Of a stretch of 64,000 bases of DNA, positions 30,601 to 34,200 are shown piece by piece. How positions within the stretch are numbered: the first letter of the stretch is position 1; the number at the start of each line of letters is the position of its first letter. The DNA comes from a virus. The DNA is taken from positions 1 to 64,000 of the IMG/VR virus record IMGVR_UViG_3300027741_000040; one strand, written 5' to 3'. The notes beneath the pieces are model-generated. The model saw only the letters and a program-made list of their open reading frames with translations. It made no database searches and was not told where the DNA came from. The position numbers and the translations under genes were made by a program.

Positions 30601-31234
30601 AGCACTAATAGAGACCCGTTCACAAGGAACAGACACCGTTCCCGCCATGTTAACTCCTGGTGAATTCGTTGTGAACAGAGCATCCGCACAAGAACATATG
30701 CCATTACTACAAGCTATTAATAATAGAAATTATGAAAGCGGCGGGTTAGTAAAGTATATGGCTCAGGGAGGTGTTGTTACTCCTCAATATAAGGATGTAG
30801 GAGGAGCTATCGGCAGCTTAGCATCCTCAAGTATTTTGGGTGCTGGACTAGACATGGGAGCGATTAGCGAACTAGCAAAAGAATTACCAAGACTCAAACA
30901 AGCATTTGGGTCATTTGAGAAATTATCAGAATTTACACAAAGTTTTGATAAACTTACACAAAATATGGGTACTAATTTAACCGGATTTGCGGAAACAGTA
31001 GCCAATATGCCAAGACAGATGGAGCACTCTCTAAAAGCTATTGTTAATGGCACTATTAATAGCAATATTCCTGGTGCTACCACTCAAATAGTTAATAGTA
31101 GACATGAGGCTCAAATAGTTTATGACCAAAATAATCAAAGACTAGACAGAGCCAGCGAAGGGGCTTTTTCACGATCAGATCCAGCAATCATGAGAGGAAC
31201 AAGTGGTGCCGGAGGCACTCGTTCTAATGCATAA
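15638..31234 (+). CDS. Giant tape measure protein (5198 aa) with embedded enzymatic cargo domains
   Basis: N-terminal TP901-type TMP core (FIEYDQQFVKLQQVTG...LAQAGLS...ETIATGLRTIFTRI...EELGGFRQ), long helical A/E/K-rich regions, and hydrophobic segments near 17030-17165 and 24090-24245. AGGA RBS; canonical position after the chaperone-like genes. Confidence 0.9.
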   Translation: MTAAFNLTAQLNLKGPSNIGSITSSIKKQLGTITANVDVKVNATSIQKISQLNAGLQQLNKTLSATTVSATSAASAIKGLGQAFGAVNLSSLPQQISATSTALGQVKGQSAQAAKALAASTTQMEEFGKQSALAVRRFAAFSIVTSSIYALNNSINRGIEAFIEYDQQFVKLQQVTGQSADGLKSLSKEITTLSVGLGVSSAALTDVASTLAQAGLSAQDTEKALKALALSSLAPSFDSMNETVEGSIAIMRQFGISAGGLEGALGSINTVAAKFAVEARDIITAVQRTGGVFATASKGVTEGTDALNEFVAVFTSIRATTRESAETIATGLRTIFTRIQRGSTIDALKEFGVNLQDTEGKFVGAYKAVELLSKGLSSLDPRDAKFSKIVEELGGFRQIGKVIPLIQQFSVAQNALKVAQQGQGSLAKDAATAQLSLANQIQKVRQEFLALFREMGQSQGFQVMVKATLSLASGLIKVVNASKGLLPLLGVMLAFKGASAITQFASGFGQGLKPGAGKKDREKPLFSQGGPVRAFATGGVVPGSGDGDTVPAMLTPGEFVIKKQAVKAIGANKLHSINRYATGGKVKDLVNDPNGKKSLKKVYDINQDFDSYEDPTIDRVDLDKTYDQYTQQSKQIWLEANKKYKQDLAEGYKPQKGDIPKLANAYIKRETGGLAQNLGFKELREPQTAKKLNKIRGALAENEVKKRYKLGNPLALQDGADFYDAKNERFVEIKNQKKQLKDSTLISKTLLAFAARKGNKLNNQPDHVPSLKILAVEAPSPDKYDEFEEKKLGGVINKRAVRAVESKTFKNMNQYAGGGAVVVRDRANTDDTTKLDEGLGQMVNQASRQFGKKGAPKFINAKDMPGYQAIKGHVFEEGLRIAGASAADSAANADFDYNPWSGNKSFSKLPVSKTPIVDAKASLGSASKAEFIKKISNFRQKNPNDNTTNFGAAIFENENEKGGDPEDIKISAKEIAAYGQSKNSGGLIQRFIDGGWVKRMQQQSPKDLNKELDLLDSTLDLFGFQRKVPISTFSKSAPFMEDAGIKEVRERISAIKEFLASKEPQKKKKTEKEITLPKAPSGISDYLRSLIEKNKIYDITNQYDGIVNQALNAAYKGNLGPGNKQQNMDKVGPKSMVRFAPDREYIDVSLGSLEKDIQYIDKVKKLKGEDSERLAANKGYTVSDMLDTVRAYQAIGLDAAINTALGRKDDLSQSLADTSDLNKTERKKLGPAVDQPLSYFVGSLDAAMQFSLPEKLYSGIGASKQKLFIESAGVKINKLEDTKKLVGKTVSIPSFLSTSEVLDTAESFVRTGMMTIETNKKAKGLNPERAKTDTINRDKSKIRKMDQRLISDSFVKGKADESFADDYDIESEYILPRNSKFKVKNIEAKDNSEEGGNILESLNMDWAVKMLNRGGKVQKFVDGGVAQRKVGYIDYDVIANETNKDIVEKGMEATGQKGPRLYTDYLTQLAVRARKDNSLQKLRAIYGVAGSGKTTLARGQGTDNATLRKTDRFPVLSPEDIQKATEILILTSSVSQTKMDDFFSDVDRAYTLSSTTDAERQGVRSRKESRDITGIGLENRKPGTTMGVSTDSAVGEALLSDKLGSKSTVLGRSDSGRLRRKRGNELVDIIKKRIGFTWGGFSPMTAGHESIMEAASAMGIPPEDFIYLVGANEGITDDKASSFRTAIFDQDARVLLAKAGAGAKGATVLPKPRDFEVPQAFDISPESGRRKVLIPGKGSTAFVADKTAKDLEKYTSAGYSTVNLERYGGISGTMVRDLIAEGNLGELQKILSPGVYDLISNNIGRIQNRAKILPTIVADVQKSQTVKLKDVESEIKAIGISRIDQKKMDDPEYAAKAEILLDLREKKKKIQTAGSFEPYKLLDALAQKDPQNYALDFSSPTTMANVPDMRVMGQGPQAPEAPMPVGRVAQLAQEKNKSIQDVILEQLGGLGGPAGVKKILGIGSGDRTLSSLLQAGNIKGGKGLEQAADYVNRALAARGIRDAAEAKRLEEYQAKALHFGIAGLLPMDYSKEFEWDIGGTSVYATARGFGSAYLEEARQMQNESSALAQRFAENIQNKNIFGGGERLAFDFDKTLVEDADILDAKGNPDIKKYANRDAVQQALQNARPTRLAVKLKSLIEQDPPFIKKTRILTARPQSTADLLAQSLQSFGLPYSEQDITGVSGGASSNIAVLKAANLQQEEKLIDDNLENIMAVRKAGKKGFQYIEPKPTTSELDEKMGQGNIEGAVVEKALAVLGAPVRPNAKQNRAIDYPDGLGSAAQFFPGIDPGIPTEVKRTIDGSSLEKVREEIGRYITGGAEAVKLARGGAVQSFMAGGRAAPQSPPRKFADGGLVPGIGNQDTVPATLNVGDFVIRKKAVETIGVSKLAGMSRYASGGSVDKVPALLTPGEFVFNRQSAQKIGYNKLHQLNHADKIAGYNNGGMVGGVQGYASGGAVTINSAIEDLITYLAKGMKATSEANPPKLVARPDIVGRATLQVSDKTVEVIKAISKELNDLGVSVSHVAELMKIGGDISYKAMEKAIKKDIERMTIAGASIEQLSKAESTLAVVRTERIENLKKTQTLEDSFRNSSIGQKFGSGGAQQQIISESDRLEKLIENKKIKDISKTLNTGPGGMLGASSEDIRKKATELASSPEEKAKTKQSAYITAAAKVTGVKVSDFKSAELSGADIQKYIAESMRDRKTLADMDKQLIALRMEEYKNVSTVRGISVNSAKEARALADEEVSQRRGIIDDLASAQGEEGVGPSGIWDLANSVIVKKLQGLTPSDYINGGATIAGFMSGNGNAIAQNFYDTSDQGRIGAARTGAAISSAGTIASTGLGIAAQSLALGPIGPVVAGIVAAGTGILALTDSIYDFTGSQEAAVKEVEKSLRATEINAATASLDDAFKKFENDMSNIDLQEALNNALSNSVMAQAKDTSANIDQAKEDYAYQNRSWGDLLNFDLGGSAQMDAVELKEVNRVEAERFAPLADKAYKQIQNEINGNASIEQIMSNDKLRGARAAIAMSTPEGISEYTAQKAAEEKATGKPITEDARQAIIDEIAARKISTNEFIISSIKAKEVADALEMANLAGRKLAQSFQRLYDSIDQAINKNNFNIQQRKTSTDYSTGALSGNAVTPELNSKNINILDNPKAYSTKEFNSAINVASQSLPAEDAAMIKGAATLQRNLAPAIEAELRKTLRTDAGLTAEDAAKQAKEIGTAQVKAKGLPVEMEEAIINQLNASIDAKVQDDKVQNEFKNSPQAATDKFIESIREASDTIIENAGKGGIDTLKKLLSSRQDIFNDFGKNLAKSSAFLKQHAESLVKAKNIIGDAKMNLREALTGVGETFAEAKARFDSEISDLTGGITDPKAIRANIQNLEKKGAALVEQRKNTDDEAAIAKFTTEINKTNDAINNNREGLERLANSSELAAKALGEVTKIRDLQKNRSEVVNKLLTQTPEEAQKLNDTFVRLQNNLSGGLNTGANSRAAREAFSQALRSGSSLQGAYRAGNSVLAQQRQETLAMFQDPNIRGAQKLEMKNQAIRQNKTLSDEQIEDILNQQEAQLKTQMAIETGQINNPMVRADIEATKNRKFDPAAAQAADEYNKITNRQANANTEIGGLALVQSRLVKSNDELKIALEGLTLEIQNARGFDAKVEGGKMGAAAAVAAGKGATVGASPAGGNGPRTVYASTGALINFEPKGTDTVPAMLTPGEFVINARSTAEHLPLLQAINNSRGGSIDGFSNGGIVYAQKGILVPTKRETSLSADYTRLSRVQQGNITVRGDELTRGSYRATLDPSVVIHRAISPVGAPGYDGSSSSDAVRNPGTPSRTQAKEQAKAKDAGYNAMAERIRAARSTGIGDAPKVSSLAQQMMYLPNGKVRPVPSREMLDKWSDIDAQAGRKRQDGGHIAVPPATQPAPAKDAAQTRQAAPNSNKTMQKPIQWGGFGFGSTPTPAPVGGESQVDKAIKLLRALNLGGDASKKESQATDEGQREPKTKTSGSKVKKSEQTFFGGTPSQMASPKFSLPWLSAGSNFPKPRNMAEIQMYKEGLSRGMTIQQVRDERIQAYRSRFPSRKNNRQTQNSQAPFGNLSIFGFSGLSTLSGGEATSKPSYDTTRTNSPLLRPPKEQAKVIKEEAKQAQEPLAAAPSLPVAAAPSLPVAAAPSLPVAAAPSLPVAAAPSLPVAAGLDREKQRNLDLAYENMAERSRAKILETIGQEGAWDVNAYDTAYRRLMRSGTPTKERWTTEQFRQAVEKELSGMSPEYARRQWKGVTPSTHYTQSPEYKAKQEKKAKDREVKGPYAPGLPGAIDKAADQVMTGVVLPITETVAGAATVLRSGSGPEMDKKLKENREALGADARLAEDEKRKLIGTDKSIFGGNVGDKVYSKFLQLPIGQQQEYLDLRKRAQTKKGLRQSEAADLKEYTRLDYFQKTLEVPYQQRERIPTGYESDVKDPAASKKSSDKMTDMRDLRAATPLLGSRKYVEGLPAAFEEGATLGTVLTKESSAYGDRATETVGGTGQVVTGTAKVGFGLSAAALADRVGMTGLASPKIVKALKDSFLETARLGGTQVQLGASKYGKNAGVDSALAMVYGESSPQATFYADQQKVQQKQFDTTFQKQKAQAEALAPGFGTSYERAENLSQAAYGAATTAAMQQVAVGAFTKPSMSPAKTFTPAENAARSGTNQKLNDVFTGKKQIVRPSIDIEPEFNKFLKRPIVGELPPPQDMALDRFLKRPIIGERPSISSPELDQFLGRTAQTPVNPQLQNIRWAMPRKPGSAVWNQPSKPSSWNGASQPSPGPVTKQLERLPRVRAVKNYTNKYGNPSEDSDLVIRKQLDISRRQNVRRFMNGENDVGAPIDSTPSVSSTGTTFPSASPAVFPRPQIATPSEPLFPTLTKWGRSLKSLAGGIWNISTPGNIFYTGGSSASLRYLLSGGGEQQDKPQTKKVKRPQRKANVGMISTGYTAEGKLVPLSFGPTAKYSTGGIVYANNGALIETRSQGTDTVPAMLTPGEFVVNRASAQEHMPLLQAINNRNYESGGLVKYMAQGGVVTPQYKDVGGAIGSLASSSILGAGLDMGAISELAKELPRLKQAFGSFEKLSEFTQSFDKLTQNMGTNLTGFAETVANMPRQMEHSLKAIVNGTINSNIPGATTQIVNSRHEAQIVYDQNNQRLDRASEGAFSRSDPAIMRGTSGAGGTRSNA
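17396..18004 (+). other. TMP domain: PD-(D/E)xK nuclease-like domain 1
   Basis: GALAENEV...DGADFYD...FVEIKN fits the E...D...ExK restriction-endonuclease-fold pattern. Confidence 0.55.
18095..18580 (+). other. TMP domain: PD-(D/E)xK nuclease-like domain 2
   Basis: KGHVFEEGL...ADFDY...IVDAKAS. Confidence 0.55.
19190..19860 (+). other. TMP domain: VIP2/Alt-like mono-ADP-ribosyltransferase
   Basis: VRAYQ...AINTAL, LYSG (normally LYRG), SFLSTS and ESEYILPRNSKFKV (ExE motif). Confidence 0.8.
20070..20500 (+). other. TMP domain: P-loop NTPase/kinase-like
   Basis: Walker A motif AIYGVAGSGKTTLAR at about 20087-20130. Confidence 0.7.
20530..21060 (+). other. TMP domain: HIGH-superfamily nucleotidyltransferase (CTP_transf_like; NadD/CoaD-type)
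   Basis: IGFTWGGFSPMTAGH (T/HxGH motif) and C-terminal ISGTMVRDLI...LSPGVYDLI (ISxTxxR motif). Confidence 0.8.
21890..22315 (+). other. TMP domain: HAD-superfamily phosphatase
   Basis: Motif I LAFDFDKTL, motif II ILTAR, motif III K, motif IV LIDDN. Confidence 0.8.
22350..22600 (+). other. TMP domain: PD-(D/E)xK nuclease-like domain 3
   Basis: IEGAVVEKAL...AIDYP...PTEVKRT. Confidence 0.5.
28062..28188 (+). repeat. Perfect 24-bp coding tandem repeat, about 5.3 copies (AAAPSLPV)
   Basis: GCAGCAGCGCCCTCATTACCAGTA repeated 5 times identically from 28064. Confidence 0.95.
29746..29895 (+). repeat. Degenerate 60-bp coding repeat, about 2.5 copies (FLKRPIxGE)
   Basis: EFNKFLKRPIVGELP / ALDRFLKRPIIGERP / ELDQFLGR at a 20-aa period. 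Confidence 0.8.
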
Positions 31235-31260
31235 AGGTAAGATTTAATTTATTCACAGTG

Positions 31261-31270
31261 GGTGTATAAT
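31261..31270 (+). promoter_or_regulatory. Candidate late promoter GGTGTATAAT
   Basis: Intergenic between the TMP and the 1817-aa fibre gene. Confidence 0.6.
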
Positions 31271-31291
31271 ACATTATAACAAGGGTAAAAA

Positions 31292-34200
31292 ATGACCAAT
31301 TCTCTTACAAAAATATTTGATACTATAGGATTTTCTTTTAGGACTAAAAATAACTTTTTTATTCCAGCTGAGCCTATAAAAGGATATAACACTTTAAATA
31401 GTTCCCATCTGGGATACTATATCCCTTATTTAGTAAGAAATTATTCTGCTAATGGATCACTACAATACGAAGTTGGCGTAGGGTATATTACATTAGATGG
31501 TACTGATATTGTGGTTGATAGATATAAAGTAGTCAAATCTTCAAGTAATGACCAAAAAGTTGACTTTGCTCCATCTGGTAAATCTGAGTTCTATGTATTT
31601 GCTAATGAAAGTAATTTTAATACTGGATTTAATAATGTTATAGTTAAAAATTCTTCTTTTACGGTCGATGCTATTCAGGCCATTTACCTATTGGATGCAT
31701 CAAAATCTTCTATTGATATTGTTCTACCACCAAATGATAAATCAGATAATTTAGTTTTAGAATTTAAGTTAATTGCTGGAGAAAATCCAGTTATTATCAG
31801 AGACCCTCACGGGTCCATAATACATTCATTAAGCTATAGTGGTGATAGATATACTAAATTAGCCTATAACAACTCTTGGTATCATATTAAAGAGGACAAG
31901 CAAAGTTCCTTCTCTACAGAATCATTTGATGAGAATACTTTTTCATCACAGGCTAATGCTACCGGAGATATTTATTCTTTCCAATATAATTCAGACGGTA
32001 CTAATCTAGCCGGATCAAAAATGTATTGGAGTTCTGGGAATACGAATAAGCTACTATTAGGCTCTAGTTCGGAATCACTTGCCCATACTATTATTCCAAC
32101 ATCTGGTTCTGGTAATGTAATTTTTAATAATGACAGAACTAGTAGCGATTTTATTGTTCGTGGTAGCGGGAATAAAAACTTATGGTTCACCTATGACGGC
32201 AGAATTGGTCTTAATATGCCTTCTGGTACCAGTCCCCAAACAATATTTCATATAGTAAACGATATTTGTCATGAAGGATTTAGAATAGAAAATAGAAGCG
32301 CATGTCATGCTGCTAATATCACCTTATATCATAAACCTAGTGGTAATATATCTAATAATAGCATTGTTGGAGAGCTTACTCTAGCAGGAAAAAATAATGC
32401 TAGTGGAAATAAAATAGATTATGTGAGAATTCTGTCTAGAGCAAAAGATCCTTCGGCTACTCCACAAGGAAGATTTGAATTGGTTGTAGAGTCTGCTGGT
32501 AACGGAATATCCACTCTCGTTAGTGATCCTAGCGCTACTGTAGTAGGTTATTCTAATAATAGTTTAGTTGTTAGTGGTAATACTAGTAGTAAATTAGGTT
32601 TTACTAATACTAATCTTAATCTAACTAACGCTACTGCTACACTAAAAGGCTCTACTATCAAGTTGGAGTCACAAAATATTGTTTTTGGCAGTGGTAATGT
32701 TGGGACAGTCACTCTTCCGTCTTTAGTAGCCTCAAATATTCAAACAAATAATATTTATTTACCATCTATAGGTCCTAATACTGTCTTATCGACAGACTCA
32801 AACGGGAACGTATCCGCGGCATCTGCTACGGTAAGATTTCCATCTATTCCAGCTGACAGAATACTAACTACGGATGTTGGAGGTTCAGTTACTGGGGTAT
32901 ATCGTACTGACTCGTTCTTCTATACTGATAGAGATATCACCTGGAATAAATATGCACAAAGAACGGCTAGTATATGCTTGAGACAAGTCATTTTAGATGC
33001 TGCTTGCCCAATAGAAGAATTTTCTGTTAATGATCAGATTGCGATAATTACAAATACACAAATATTTTATAGACAAATAACGTCACTAGATATTAGTGGT
33101 AATAATATTGTTGGTATGTTAGTCAATCAAAATTTGACAGCTAATACTGTGTCTAATGTTAGAATTATATCCATTACTAAAGGGGCATATCTAAACTTAG
33201 AGATGTACACAGAAAAGGGAACAGCAGCTGATGCAACATCTATTGTTCTTAGTTTAAGGCCCAATAAGAGCACAGTATTTAACGCTCAGCATAAAGATAT
33301 TGATTTTCTTGTTTATGGTCTGGATAATAGTCCCACCCTATCTATTAAAGCCAATAATGGAAGATCCTCTGCTCAATCTGGTGAATACTCTGTGTATGCC
33401 ACACATCAAATGGGTAATCTATTCCCGGTTCCTGTTACTACACTAGGAGAGGGAGCAAATAATACTAATAATAGTGCTAATTATAATAGAACAGCCTCTG
33501 GTTTATTTAGCGGTATGGTTACGTCTGTTGGTACTAATGGATTACCAAGTTATTACGGAACATATGATCAAAACGGTAACGTAGCAGAATGGGTGGAGGA
33601 CCCAAGCACAGTTTCTACCTCGTCTTCTCAGTTTGCTGTTGGAGGATCATGGCTATCATCATCTGTTAATGCATTACGTAGTATCATACCGTATTCTGTT
33701 TCTAGTGGATATCAAGATGTTGGTTTTAGAGTTTCTAGCTCTTACGGCCTTGTAGACAGCTCCTATATTAGTAATGATCTTGGTTTTCGTTTTGTTTCTA
33801 TAGGTAATCTCAATAATAATGCTGATTTAAGTACCATATATACTAATAGTAGTAGTGGTACCCCAGTACCTTCTAGTATTAACAATTTGGGTGTGGTCAA
33901 CAAGAATTATCGTATAGGAATTACAGAAACCACCAACTCCCAATATGTTAAATTCTTAAATTCTGTAGCTTCTACCGACCCTTTTGGACTCTATGATTCT
34001 AATATGTCTGGCTCTTTAATCGGAGGCATTAGCAGATCAGGTATAGAGGGCTCATATAGCTATTATACCAAAACAAATATGGAAGCTAAGCCTGTAGTGT
34101 TTGTTGATTATTTATCTGCTATTAGATTCACAAACTGGCTACATAACGGTACCCCAACAGGCACTGGACTTAGTGATTTTGTTACCGAAGATGGAGCATA

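Noticed and set aside
16291-31083. Numerous reverse-strand ORFs within the TMP and other long genes (e.g. 25414-26034, 38178-38579)
   Set aside because: Antisense shadows of biased codon usage or repeats; no RBS context or recognisable motifs.
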